Shown piece by piece: positions 38,517 through 48,182 of a DNA stretch of 64,000 nt (position 1 is the stretch's first letter; each line of letters begins with the position of its first letter). The position numbers and the translations under genes were made by a program. Source of the DNA: Alphaproteobacteria bacterium (GTDB lineage: Bacteria; Pseudomonadota; Alphaproteobacteria; UBA828); assembly GCA_965214705.1 (NCBI GenBank), contig CBDCCI010000002.1, positions 1,824,001 to 1,888,000 of the forward strand. The letters run 5' to 3'. A model generated the notes under the pieces. That model was given only the letters and a program-made list of their open reading frames with translations. It had not been told where the DNA came from and searched no databases.

Positions 38517-38549
38517 AGTTGATCTTTTCTGTTGTTGGCATACGGTATT

Positions 38550-38831
38550 CTAAATCGGTATCGCGCTTCGGCCGCTCCCGTCGGCGATGGCGATAACGCC
38601 TGTGGCGTTGCCGCCGGCCAGGGCGACGATCCCCATCGCATTACCCCCTCCGATGGCGACGAATCCCATGGCGCTGCCAGGAGCGATGCAGACCAGGCCC
38701 ATCGCGTTGAAGAGGGCGACGGCGACGAGCCCGATGGAGTTCCAGAACCCCGCCGACACGAGCCTGATTGCGTTCTGACTGCAGGCAACGGTGCCGATGG
38801 TGCCCCACTTGCTCTTGATCGCTTCAGCCAT
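38550..38831 (-). CDS. Small hydrophobic protein built from 11-aa Gly-rich repeats
   Basis: Repeats NAIRLVSAGFW / NSIGLVAVALF / NAMGLVCIAPG / SAMGFVAIGGG / NAMGIVALAGG / NATGVIAIADG; GAGGGG RBS; host-like GC. Confidence 0.65.
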   Translation of the reverse strand: MAEAIKSKWGTIGTVACSQNAIRLVSAGFWNSIGLVAVALFNAMGLVCIAPGSAMGFVAIGGGNAMGIVALAGGNATGVIAIADGSGRSAIPI

Positions 38832-38878
38832 GGCTGAGGGTTCCCCTCGCGTTTGAGCGTATCGTAAAGGGTAAAAGG

Positions 38879-39364
38879 TCAGCCGTCGGCGGCGTTCAGC
38901 GCCTGCACCGCCTCCAGCACGGCCTCCACGTGGCCGGGGACCTTCACCTTGCGCCAGATCTTGCTGACGGTGCCGTCGGAGTCGATGAGGAAGGTCGCGC
39001 GCTCGATGCCCATGTAAGTCTTGCCGTAGTTCTTCTTCTCGACCCAGACGCCGTAGCGCTCGCAGATGTCGCTGTCTGCGTCGGAGACCAGGGTGAAGGG
39101 GAGGCCGTACTTCGCCCGGAATTTGTCGTGTTTGGCGGCAGTGTCCTTCGAGACGCCGACGATCTCAGCGCCGGCCGCCGCGAACGCGGGCAGGGCCTCG
39201 GTGAACTCTTGCGCCTCGCGGGTGCAGCCGGGCGTGTCGTCGCGCGGGTAGAAGTAGAGCACCACCGCCTTGCCGCGCAGGCTGTCGAGGCTCAGAGAGC
39301 CGCCGTCGTTGGTGGGCGCCGTGAACCCCGGCGCAGGCGTGCCGGCTTCGATCGCCGTGGTCAT
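38879..39364 (-). CDS. bcp: Peroxiredoxin Bcp
   Basis: VLYFYPRDDTPGCTREA, GVSKD, ERATFLID and VKVPGH. Confidence 0.93.
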   Translation of the reverse strand: MTTAIEAGTPAPGFTAPTNDGGSLSLDSLRGKAVVLYFYPRDDTPGCTREAQEFTEALPAFAAAGAEIVGVSKDTAAKHDKFRAKYGLPFTLVSDADSDICERYGVWVEKKNYGKTYMGIERATFLIDSDGTVSKIWRKVKVPGHVEAVLEAVQALNAADG

Positions 39365-39377
39365 GGTCGTTCTCCTC

Positions 39378-42353
39378 TCATTCTGTGGTCTCGCGGTCGA
39401 GCGCCGCCGCAGGCGCCGCAACCAGGCGATGATAGGCGGCGCGGACGCGATCCTGAATGGCGACAACCCTCTCCTCAAGGGCGGCGAAATCCTCGATCCC
39501 CATGGCCCGCGCCAGGGTCTCGCGCACGCCGGGGGTGAAGCGCTCGACCTCGCGGTTGGTGCCGACGGTGAGCCGGAGCAGGCCCTGGAGGCGCTGGAGG
39601 AAGGCCAGCATCTCGGCAAGCTCGGTGGCGTCGTCCGAGGCGAGGACGCCGGCCTCGCCCAGCCCGCGGTACATCGACTGGGTCGATTGAACCAGGATCG
39701 AGGGGTGGCGCGCGGCGTGGTGCAGCAGGTGGTACTGGGCGATGAATTCGAGGTCGAGCAGGCCGCCCCGCACGTGCTTGAGGCGCCAGCGGTTCTCGGT
39801 GTGGCGCTCGCCGTCGATGCGCTCGCGCATGGCGGCGACGTCCGCCAGCAGCGCGTCGGAATCGCGCGGGGCGCAGAGGACCGCGCGGATGTCCGCCATC
39901 ACCGCCGCGGAGAGGTCCGGATCGCCCGCGACCGGGCGCGCGCGGGTAAGCGCCATGTGCTCCCAGGTCCAGGCGTCCTGCTCGTGGTAGCGGCGGAAGG
40001 CGGCGGCCTCGGTCGCGATCGGGCCTGAGGTGCCCGACGGCCTGAGCCGGGTGTCGATCTCGTAGAGCCGGCCTTCGGCAGTGAGCGCGCTCACGGCGTT
40101 GGAGAGACGCTTGGTGAAGCGGGCGTAGTAGTGGCTCGGCGCGAGGCCCTGAGCGCCGTCAGATTCCACGTTCGTTTCGTCCGGCAGGCCGTAGAGGAAG
40201 ACCACGTCGAGGTCGCTGTCGAAGGTGAGCTCCCGACTGCCGAGCTTGCCCATGCCGAGCACGGCGAAGGATGCACCCGGCAACGATCCGTGGCGGCGGG
40301 CGAAGTCCTGGTGCACGCGCGGCAGCAGGGTCTCGATCACCGTGTCGGCGATATCGGAGAGCGCGCCGGAAAGCCGGTCCACCGCCACATCGCCCCGCAG
40401 AATCTGCATGCCGACCTGGAACTCGCGCTCGTGCTGCCAGCGGCGCACGCCGTCGAGCACGTCGTCGTAGTCGCTGGAGGGCGCGAGCGCTTGCGCGAGG
40501 TCGTGGATCAGCTCGTCGCGATTCGGCAGGCGTTGGTGCAGGTCGCCGCTGATGAGGCCTTCGAGCAGGCCGGGGCTGCGGCTCAGGTGCTCGGCGATGC
40601 GGGGCGCGCTGCCCAGGATCTCGGCGAGCTGGGCGAGTAGGCCGGGGTTGTCGTGCAGCAGCAGGAAGGGCTGGACCCCCGACGGCAGCCCGGCGAGGAA
40701 TTCGTCCAGCTTGCGGAAGGCGGAGTCGGGATCGGCGGTGTTGCAGAGAGCGCGGAGGAGGGCCGGCATGAGCTCGGTGAGGAGCTCTCTCGCGCGCGTG
40801 CTGCGGGTCGCCTGGATGCGGCCGTGATGCCAGCGGCGCACGGTCGCCGAGACGCCCGAGGCGTCGCCAAAGCCCATGCGCTCCAGACTCGCGAGGGTGT
40901 CGGGGTCGTCGGCGGTGCCCGTGAACACCAGGTTACCGCCTTCGTCGCCGAGGTCGGGCTCGTCCTCGAAGAGCGCGGCATAATGCTCCTCGACGGAGCG
41001 GACATGGCTTTGCAGTGAATCGGCGAGGTCTGCTTCGTCGGCAAAACCCATGAGGCGGGCGAGCGCGGTGCGTGCGTCTGCGCCGTCGGGAATTCGTAGG
41101 TCCGACTCGTCGTCGATCATTTCGATGCGGTGCTCGAGACGGCGGAGAAAGCGGTACGACTCGATCAGCGCCTCCACCGCCCACTCGCTGGTGCGCTCGG
41201 CGGCGGCGAGCGCGCTGAGCGCGTCGCAGGTGGCGCGGAAGCGGAGCGAATCATCGCGGCCGCCCCAGATGAGCTGCTGAGTCTGCGCGTAGAGCTCGAT
41301 CTGGCGGATGCCGCCCCGGCCACGTTCGATGTCGTGGCCTGCGACGTCGAAGTGCTGGCGGCTGGGCTCGGCGTTGATCTGGCGCTTGATCGACTGGATG
41401 TCCTGGATGGCGGAGAGGTCGAGATACTTGCGCCAGATGAAGGGGCGCAGGCGCTCGATCATGTCGGCGCCGACCGCCATGTCGCCAGCGGCCGGGCGCG
41501 CCTTGATCATCGCGGCGCGTTCCCAGTTCTGCCCGTGGCTCTCGTAGTACTGCTCCGCCGCCGCCGTCGAGAGCGCGAGCGGCGTGGAGCCCGTGTTGGG
41601 CCTGAACTTGAGGTCGGTGCGATAGATGCAGCCGTCGTCGGTGCGCTCACCGAGCAGGGCGGCGAGATCGCGCACGAGGCGGTGCAGGGTTTCGGCGGGC
41701 TCGCCCCGTCCTTGGTGGCGCACGCGCTCGGGGTCGAACAGCACCAGCAGGTCGAGCTCGCTCGAATAGGTAAGCTCGCCCGCGCCGAGGCCGCCGACGC
41801 CGAACACGGTGAGCCCGCACGCCGCCGGTTCGTCTTCGTTTGGGCGCGCGAGGGTGCCCCGTGCGGCGGCCTCCCTGAGCAGGTGGTCGAGCGCGCTTTC
41901 GAGCACGGTGTCGGCCAGCCGGGTGAGGGCCTGGGCGATGCGATCCAGCGGCCAGGCGCCGGCGAGCTCGGCGAGCGCTGCGGTGAGCGTCGCGCGCCGC
42001 TTGGCTCCCCGAAGCCGGCGGGCGAGGGCGCGGCGGTCGGTGGTCTGGCCGGCGGCGTCCGAAATCTCGGCGAGCGCGCTCGCGAACGCGGCGTTGGGAC
42101 CCTGTTCGGCCACCTCGCGAAGCTGGGCCGGTTCGCGGACCAACGCTCGACCGAGCGCAGGGGCGTTCCCGAACACGCCATCGAGGAAGGCACGCGCCTG
42201 ATCATCGCCATCGAGTGCGCTCGCGAACGACTCTTCGTCGCCGCCGAGCGCGGCTGCCGCTGCGAGCCACTCGTCACGACCCGCACGCGCGCGTTCGCCC
42301 GAGGCTGGCTCGGGACACATCGCATCGTCTGTCAGGAAGGGCAGTCGCGACAC
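39378..42353 (-). CDS. glnE: Glutamine synthetase adenylyltransferase/adenylyl-removing enzyme
   Basis: Two nucleotidyltransferase repeats: GQNWERAAMIKAR, MGKLGSRELTFDSDLD, YEIDTRLRPSG, AWTWEHMAL and KHVRGGLLDLEF. Confidence 0.93.
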   Translation of the reverse strand: MSRLPFLTDDAMCPEPASGERARAGRDEWLAAAAALGGDEESFASALDGDDQARAFLDGVFGNAPALGRALVREPAQLREVAEQGPNAAFASALAEISDAAGQTTDRRALARRLRGAKRRATLTAALAELAGAWPLDRIAQALTRLADTVLESALDHLLREAAARGTLARPNEDEPAACGLTVFGVGGLGAGELTYSSELDLLVLFDPERVRHQGRGEPAETLHRLVRDLAALLGERTDDGCIYRTDLKFRPNTGSTPLALSTAAAEQYYESHGQNWERAAMIKARPAAGDMAVGADMIERLRPFIWRKYLDLSAIQDIQSIKRQINAEPSRQHFDVAGHDIERGRGGIRQIELYAQTQQLIWGGRDDSLRFRATCDALSALAAAERTSEWAVEALIESYRFLRRLEHRIEMIDDESDLRIPDGADARTALARLMGFADEADLADSLQSHVRSVEEHYAALFEDEPDLGDEGGNLVFTGTADDPDTLASLERMGFGDASGVSATVRRWHHGRIQATRSTRARELLTELMPALLRALCNTADPDSAFRKLDEFLAGLPSGVQPFLLLHDNPGLLAQLAEILGSAPRIAEHLSRSPGLLEGLISGDLHQRLPNRDELIHDLAQALAPSSDYDDVLDGVRRWQHEREFQVGMQILRGDVAVDRLSGALSDIADTVIETLLPRVHQDFARRHGSLPGASFAVLGMGKLGSRELTFDSDLDVVFLYGLPDETNVESDGAQGLAPSHYYARFTKRLSNAVSALTAEGRLYEIDTRLRPSGTSGPIATEAAAFRRYHEQDAWTWEHMALTRARPVAGDPDLSAAVMADIRAVLCAPRDSDALLADVAAMRERIDGERHTENRWRLKHVRGGLLDLEFIAQYHLLHHAARHPSILVQSTQSMYRGLGEAGVLASDDATELAEMLAFLQRLQGLLRLTVGTNREVERFTPGVRETLARAMGIEDFAALEERVVAIQDRVRAAYHRLVAAPAAALDRETTE

Positions 42354-42442
42354 CGTTGGCCGATTGTATTACAAGGATCGCAACGGGGAAGAGGCAAAGG
42401 GGGCCAAGGGGGCGCACTGGCGGCCGTCTCCCGACCATCGAC

Positions 42443-45400
42443 ATGAGCTCGACGGCCCGAATCGCTCTCCAAGCTTTGGGCGCCCTGTTCGGTGTGCTCG
42501 CCATCCTCTTCGGCCTGGCCGCATGGCGGCTTTCGACCGGCCCGATCTCGCTCGGATTCCTCTCTCCCTATATTCAAGAGGCGCTGGAGGGCGAGGGTCT
42601 CTCCTATCACTTCGAATTCAAGGACACGGTTCTGGTCTGGCCCGGCTGGGGCGAAGCGCTCGAAGTCCACTTGACCGATCTCCGGGTTGCCGACGCGAGC
42701 GGCACGACCCTGGCGGCGGTGCCGGCGGCGTCGCTGGGACTGAGCGGCGTGGCTCTGTTGAGCGGCACGATCGCCCCCACGTCGATCGAGCTGATCGGGC
42801 TCAGCCTCGCTTTGGTTCGTGACGCGGACGGGCAGGTGCGCCTTGCCGGCAGCGACGAGGCCGGCATGGCGGACGACGACGCGGCCGATTCCCTGGTCGA
42901 CGATCTGCTCGACCCGCCGCGCGAGGATCACCCGATGGCGCGGCTACAGCGGGTCAGCCTGCGCGATGCCTCCATCGTCCTGGTCGACGAGACAACCGAT
43001 TTCACCTGGACCGCGCCGAGCGCCGACCTCACCCTCAATCTGGACGAGACCGAGATCCTCGGGCACCTGTCGGCAGAGCTGCAGGTGCGGGACCTGGAGA
43101 CCCATCTGGAGGTGGAGCTGTTCCACCACCGCGAGAGCAAGATGGGCAGCGCCGCCATCGGCTTCTCCGGCCTCAATCTGGTCAAGCTCTCCTTCATCGC
43201 TCCTGAGCTTGAGGAGTTCACCGGGTTTCGCGTTCCACTCTCCGGCACGATCGCGATCGATGTGGCCCCCGGCGGCATTCTCGGCGGCGCCGTGTTCGAT
43301 ATCGCGGGCGGGGAAGGGGAGATCGCCTTGCCTGAGATCTTTCCCGCACCGGTTCCGGTGCAACGGATCGTCGCGACGGGTTCGATCGACGGCGAGCTGT
43401 CCCGGCTTAGCCTCGAAAAGTTCGAGGTCGATACGGACGGCCCGCGCTTTTCCCTCGACGGCACGCTCTGGCAGACCGATGCCGGCGTCGGCGTCAAGGG
43501 ACGGTTTCAGGCGCATGACATGCCGTTCGACTCGCTCGGCGATTACTGGCCCGAGACGTTCATCGAGCCCGGACGGCGATGGATCGTGGAGAACGTCAGC
43601 GACGGCGTGATCAGCCGGTTCGATGCCGTGCTCGACATCGAGCCCGGCGACTTCGAGAACGAGCGCTTCGGTGCGGACTCGGCCGCCGGCTCGCTCGCAT
43701 TCGAGAATGCGAGCATCGACTATCTGCGCCCGATGCCGCCTGTGACGGGGGTCAGCGGTACGGGGCGGTTCAACGGGGAAGCCCTCGCCCTCACGATGAG
43801 CGGCGGACGCATCGCGGGGATCACTGCGTCTCGCGGGACGGCCGTGCTGAGCGAGATTCATTCGGCGGTGCCCCGCATGTCGGTGGAGATCGAAGCCGAA
43901 GGGCCGACGGCCGACGCCCTCGACCTGCTCGACCATCCGCGCCTCGCGCTGGTGAGCAAGGTCGGGCTCAAGCCGGTGGGGGTCGGCGGCGCGGTGCACA
44001 CCCTGTTCGCGCTCGAGCTGCCGATGCTGCAAGCGATCGAGCCGGAGGAGGTGGACGTGAACGCCGTCGCCCGGGTACGGGACGCCCGGATGGCGAACAT
44101 CGCGGGCATGGCAGACATGACAGAGGGCGCGCTGCGCCTCGGTGTCGACAACGCCAGCCTGGAACTTCGCGGCACGGCCAGGCTCCAGGGCATGCCCGCG
44201 ACGATCGCGTGGCGCGAGAACTTCGGCGACGACGCGCCATTCGCGCGGCGGCTTGACGTGACGACGGCGCTGACGCCGGAAGCCCAGGCCGCGCTCGGCT
44301 TCGACATGGCGCCTTACGTTCAGGGCACGCTTGCGCTCGACGGGGAATACACGGATCCGGGGGGCGACGGGACGCCACGCACGACGCTTCACGTCGATGC
44401 GACGGAGGCGCGCCTCGAGATTTCGGAGCTGCACTGGGCCAAGCCCGCAGGAGCGCCTGGGACGATACAGGCTCTTGCCAGCGTTCCTCCGGAAGGGCCT
44501 GTCGAGATCACCAGGGTCGAGGTCGAGACGGAGACTCTCTATGGCCTCGGCCGGGCCGTACTCGCCCGTGACGCCGGGGGCATTCGTGAGATCACGATCG
44601 AGAGGATGCGGCACGGCGCGACGGACATCTCAGGCACAATCGCAATCGAGGACGTGGTCACACGGATCTCGATTGAGGGCGCAAGTCTCGACGCTCGACC
44701 CTACATCGAGGATCTGATGGGGGATGACGCGCTGCATTCCGGCCAGCTCCTCCTCGATCTCGATGTCGAACGCGTCATAACCGCCGACGATCGGCATCTG
44801 GCGAATCTGCGCGCGCGTTTCGAGACCGATAGCGAAGGCCGGCACATCGGGTTCATGGAGGGAACGCTGGTCAGCGGTGCGCCCATGACATTCTCCCTGA
44901 AGCCGCAGGGAGGCAAGCGCCTGATCACGGTCCGCTCGCGCGATGCGGGCGCCGTGGCCCGGACCTTCAAGATCTACGACAACGCCGTCGGCGGCGACCT
45001 CGTGATGGAAGCGGTGCTGCACGACGACCAGCCGGGTGCGCCTGTCACCGGCACGGTCAAGATCGACGACTACCGCGTGATCAACGCGCCGACGCTGGCA
45101 AGGCTGCTCACCGTGGCGACTCTGACAGGCATCCTCAGTGAATTGCGGGGCAAGGGGATACGCTTTTCGCGGTTCGAAATGCCTTTCACCCTCGAAGAGA
45201 ACGTTCTCACCATTCGGGACGCGCAGACATCAGGCTTTTCCGTAGGCGTCAATGCCGAGGGGACGGTCGATCTCGAATCGGATCGGGTGGACATCAGCGG
45301 CACGATCGTGCCGGCCTACACGTTCAACACCCTGATCGAAGCCATTCCCGTGCTGGGGGAGCTGCTGACCGGCGGGGAAGGCGAGGGGCTGTTCGCGGCG

Positions 45401-45520
45401 GACTATCGGGTTGGCGGGACGACCGCTGAGCCGGATATCTCGGTGAATCCTCTCTCGGTCCTGGCGCCCACCTTCCTGCGCAAGCTGTTTTCGTCCGACA
45501 AAGAGGAGAAAGCGGAATAA
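42443..45520 (+). CDS. AsmA-like/YhdP (DUF3971) envelope protein
   Basis: N-terminal TM with WRLSTGPISL, long beta-rich body and C-terminal GT.VPAY..N...IPVLG.LL.GG.GEGLF...VNPLS.LAP. Divergent from glnE. Confidence 0.85.
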   Translation: MSSTARIALQALGALFGVLAILFGLAAWRLSTGPISLGFLSPYIQEALEGEGLSYHFEFKDTVLVWPGWGEALEVHLTDLRVADASGTTLAAVPAASLGLSGVALLSGTIAPTSIELIGLSLALVRDADGQVRLAGSDEAGMADDDAADSLVDDLLDPPREDHPMARLQRVSLRDASIVLVDETTDFTWTAPSADLTLNLDETEILGHLSAELQVRDLETHLEVELFHHRESKMGSAAIGFSGLNLVKLSFIAPELEEFTGFRVPLSGTIAIDVAPGGILGGAVFDIAGGEGEIALPEIFPAPVPVQRIVATGSIDGELSRLSLEKFEVDTDGPRFSLDGTLWQTDAGVGVKGRFQAHDMPFDSLGDYWPETFIEPGRRWIVENVSDGVISRFDAVLDIEPGDFENERFGADSAAGSLAFENASIDYLRPMPPVTGVSGTGRFNGEALALTMSGGRIAGITASRGTAVLSEIHSAVPRMSVEIEAEGPTADALDLLDHPRLALVSKVGLKPVGVGGAVHTLFALELPMLQAIEPEEVDVNAVARVRDARMANIAGMADMTEGALRLGVDNASLELRGTARLQGMPATIAWRENFGDDAPFARRLDVTTALTPEAQAALGFDMAPYVQGTLALDGEYTDPGGDGTPRTTLHVDATEARLEISELHWAKPAGAPGTIQALASVPPEGPVEITRVEVETETLYGLGRAVLARDAGGIREITIERMRHGATDISGTIAIEDVVTRISIEGASLDARPYIEDLMGDDALHSGQLLLDLDVERVITADDRHLANLRARFETDSEGRHIGFMEGTLVSGAPMTFSLKPQGGKRLITVRSRDAGAVARTFKIYDNAVGGDLVMEAVLHDDQPGAPVTGTVKIDDYRVINAPTLARLLTVATLTGILSELRGKGIRFSRFEMPFTLEENVLTIRDAQTSGFSVGVNAEGTVDLESDRVDISGTIVPAYTFNTLIEAIPVLGELLTGGEGEGLFAADYRVGGTTAEPDISVNPLSVLAPTFLRKLFSSDKEEKAE

Positions 45521-45556
45521 GTACGCTGGCGCGACTATCGCGCAACCCATGCCGGG

Positions 45557-46222
45557 CTACGCCGGCGGAGGCGGAGACTGGGTGGAGCTCTCGGGGTTGG
45601 CAGCGGCGGCGGCGAGCTCGAACACCCGCTCGAAGACGTCCGGCGTTTGCGCGCCGGTGACCGCGTAGCGGCGCTCGAAGATGAAGCAGGGCACGCCGGA
45701 GATGCCCGCGCGGCTCGCGGCCTCGCTCTCTCTCTTGATTTCCTCGACCCCGTCACTCCCGTCCAGATAGCGGCGCAATTCCGCCTCGTCGAGACCACCG
45801 TCAACGCCGGCAGCAGTGAGTACGCCGTGGTCGCTGATGTCCTCGCCCTGCTCGAAGTAGCGGCGAAACAGCGCCTCCACCACCCCATCCTGTGCCCCGC
45901 GCTGGCCGGCGAACTCGATCAGCCGGTGCGAATCGACGGTATTGGGGGTGCGTCCGATTTGGTCGAAGACGAATTGGATGCCTTCGGCTTCACCCGCCTG
46001 CTCGATCGTGGTGAAGATCTCGGCAACCCGCTCCTCGGAGCCGAACTTGGCCACCAGGTAGGGGAGCCGCTCGACGCCCTCGGCCGGCATGTCCGGATTG
46101 AGCTGGTACGGGCGCCACTCGACGGCGAGATCGGTCGGTCGGCCGGCGTTGGCACGCTCGAAGCGGCGCTTGCCGATGTAGCACCAGGGACAGATCGTGT
46201 CGGAAACGATGGCGACGTGCAT
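45557..46222 (-). CDS. DsbA family oxidoreductase (FrnE-like)
   Basis: SDTICPWCYIGKRR, PYQLNPDMP and GISGVPCF. Confidence 0.9.
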   Translation of the reverse strand: MHVAIVSDTICPWCYIGKRRFERANAGRPTDLAVEWRPYQLNPDMPAEGVERLPYLVAKFGSEERVAEIFTTIEQAGEAEGIQFVFDQIGRTPNTVDSHRLIEFAGQRGAQDGVVEALFRRYFEQGEDISDHGVLTAAGVDGGLDEAELRRYLDGSDGVEEIKRESEAASRAGISGVPCFIFERRYAVTGAQTPDVFERVFELAAAAANPESSTQSPPPPA

Positions 46223-46337
46223 CGGCTGAGTATATCGACCCGTCGTCCGTGGCGCGAGTGCGCCGAATCAGTGCCGGTTCTTGACGCCGCGTCGGGCGAG
46301 CGTCGACCATGACGATCATCACCGAAGGAGCCGATAG

Positions 46338-48044
46338 GTGCCTGACAGCAACCGCTACGAGCGCGGACTCGAACGGGGATCCGCCAACCACGTCCCACTG
46401 ACCCCGTGCGACTTCATGGCGCGGGCGGCCGCCATCTATCCCGCGCGGGCGGCGGTGGTGCGCGGCGCGCTCAGGCGAAGCTACGCGGAGACCTACGCTC
46501 GCTGCTGCCGACTGGCCGGTGCACTCGCGGCGCGCGGAGTCGGCATCGGCGACACGGTCTCGATCCTGGCGCCCAACGTGCCGGCCATGCTGGAGGCCCA
46601 TTTCGGCGTGCCGATGGCGGGCGCCGTGCTCAATGCCCTCAACATCCGCCTGGATGCGGCTTCCATCGCCGCGATGCTGGAACACGCGCGCTCTCGCGTG
46701 CTCATCGCCGATGCGACTTTTGCGAGCGTGGTGGAGGAGGCGCTGGCGCAGGTGGACCGCCGCCCGCACGTGGTGGCGATCGACGACTCTGCGGAAGGCG
46801 AAGGGAAGGGGAGGGGTTTCGCCGACGAGAGCTACGAGGAACTGCTTGCCTCCGGGGCGCCCGAATTCGCGTGGCCTTGGCCCGAGGACGAGTGGCAGGC
46901 GATCTCGCTCAACTACACGTCGGGCACGACCGGGCGGCCCAAGGGGGTCGTCTATCACCACCGGGGTGCGTATCTGAACGCGCTCAGCAACGTGCTCATG
47001 AACGGGTTCACCCGGGATTCGGTCTACCTTTGGACCCTCCCCATGTTCCATTGCAACGGCTGGACCCACACCTGGGCCGTGACCGCCGCCGCCGGCGCGC
47101 ACATCTGCCTGCCCCGGATCGAGCCGGCGGAAGTCTTCCGCCTGATCGCCGAAGAGAGGGTGACCCACATGGCCGGAGCGCCGGTCGTGCTCGGTATGCT
47201 GATCAACGCACCTGAGAGCGACAAGCGCCGCTTCGATCATGTGGTGGAGGTGGCGACCGGGGGCGCGGCGCCGCCGGCACCGGTCATCGCAGCCATGGAG
47301 GAGATGGGCTTCAACGTCACCCATCTCTATGGTTTGACTGAGGTTTATGGGCCGGCGCTGGTAGCAGCACCGCAGGAGGACTGGCCGGACCTGCCGCTCG
47401 ACGACCGCGCGGCGCTGATGGCACGCCAGGGTGTGCGGCACCACGCGATTCAGGGCGCGATGGTGGCGGACCCGGAGACCCTCGCGCCGGTGCCGGCGGA
47501 CGGTGCCACGGTGGGCGAGATCATGCTGCGCGGGAACACGGTGATGAAGGGCTACCTCGACGATGCCGGCGCCACTGCGGAGGCCTTCGACGGCGGCTGG
47601 TTCCATACCGGCGACCTCGCGGTGACCCACCCGGACGGCTACATCCAGATCACCGATCGGGCCAAGGACATCATCATCTCCGGCGGCGAGAACATTTCGA
47701 GCATCGAAGTCGAGAACGCGCTCTACAGCCACGAGGCCGTACTCGAAGCGGCAGTAGTGGCACGACCCGACGAAAGGTGGGGCGAGACGCCCTGCGCCTT
47801 CGTCGCGCTGAAGCCCGATGCGCACGCGGTCTCGGAGGAGGCGCTGATCGACCATTGCAGGGCGCGAATGGCGCGCTTCAAGGTGCCGCGCACGATCGTC
47901 TTCGGCGATCTGCCGAAGACAGCGACGGGCAAAATCATGAAATTCGAGCTGCGTGAGCGCGCCCGCGCGCTGCCCACCGACACCGCGGAGGGAGGGAGGG
48001 AGGGAGTGAAGAAGCAGGGTGACGGCCGTTTCTCTGCCTCTTAG
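46338..48044 (+). CDS. Acyl-CoA synthetase (AMP-binding)
   Basis: NYTSGTTGRPKG, LPMFHCNGW, YGLTE, WFHTGD, DRAKDIIISGGENI and PKTATGK. Confidence 0.92.
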   Translation: MPDSNRYERGLERGSANHVPLTPCDFMARAAAIYPARAAVVRGALRRSYAETYARCCRLAGALAARGVGIGDTVSILAPNVPAMLEAHFGVPMAGAVLNALNIRLDAASIAAMLEHARSRVLIADATFASVVEEALAQVDRRPHVVAIDDSAEGEGKGRGFADESYEELLASGAPEFAWPWPEDEWQAISLNYTSGTTGRPKGVVYHHRGAYLNALSNVLMNGFTRDSVYLWTLPMFHCNGWTHTWAVTAAAGAHICLPRIEPAEVFRLIAEERVTHMAGAPVVLGMLINAPESDKRRFDHVVEVATGGAAPPAPVIAAMEEMGFNVTHLYGLTEVYGPALVAAPQEDWPDLPLDDRAALMARQGVRHHAIQGAMVADPETLAPVPADGATVGEIMLRGNTVMKGYLDDAGATAEAFDGGWFHTGDLAVTHPDGYIQITDRAKDIIISGGENISSIEVENALYSHEAVLEAAVVARPDERWGETPCAFVALKPDAHAVSEEALIDHCRARMARFKVPRTIVFGDLPKTATGKIMKFELRERARALPTDTAEGGREGVKKQGDGRFSAS

Positions 48045-48182
48045 CGCCTCGATTTATGACTTCAATATCAGCATATTATACCACTTTCCTAGAACATTTT
48101 CTTAGTTTGCCCGATGCCCGAAATTCGGCCCGCCCGATGTCGCCACGCCGGATGAGTTTCGAGTTGGTCGTTAGCTAGGCAT

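Larger units (their letters stand above)
35979..38549. mobile_element. Low-GC accessory (defence-like) island carrying RT plus nuclease
   Basis: Abrupt shift to AT-rich sequence exactly at the stop codons of the two convergent flanking genes; CTAA at both edges; no integrase. Confidence 0.7.

Noticed and set aside
38532-38837. Plus-strand acidic repeat ORF (101 aa)
   Set aside because: It is the antisense shadow of the 11-aa repeat gene, which has the RBS and operon orientation.
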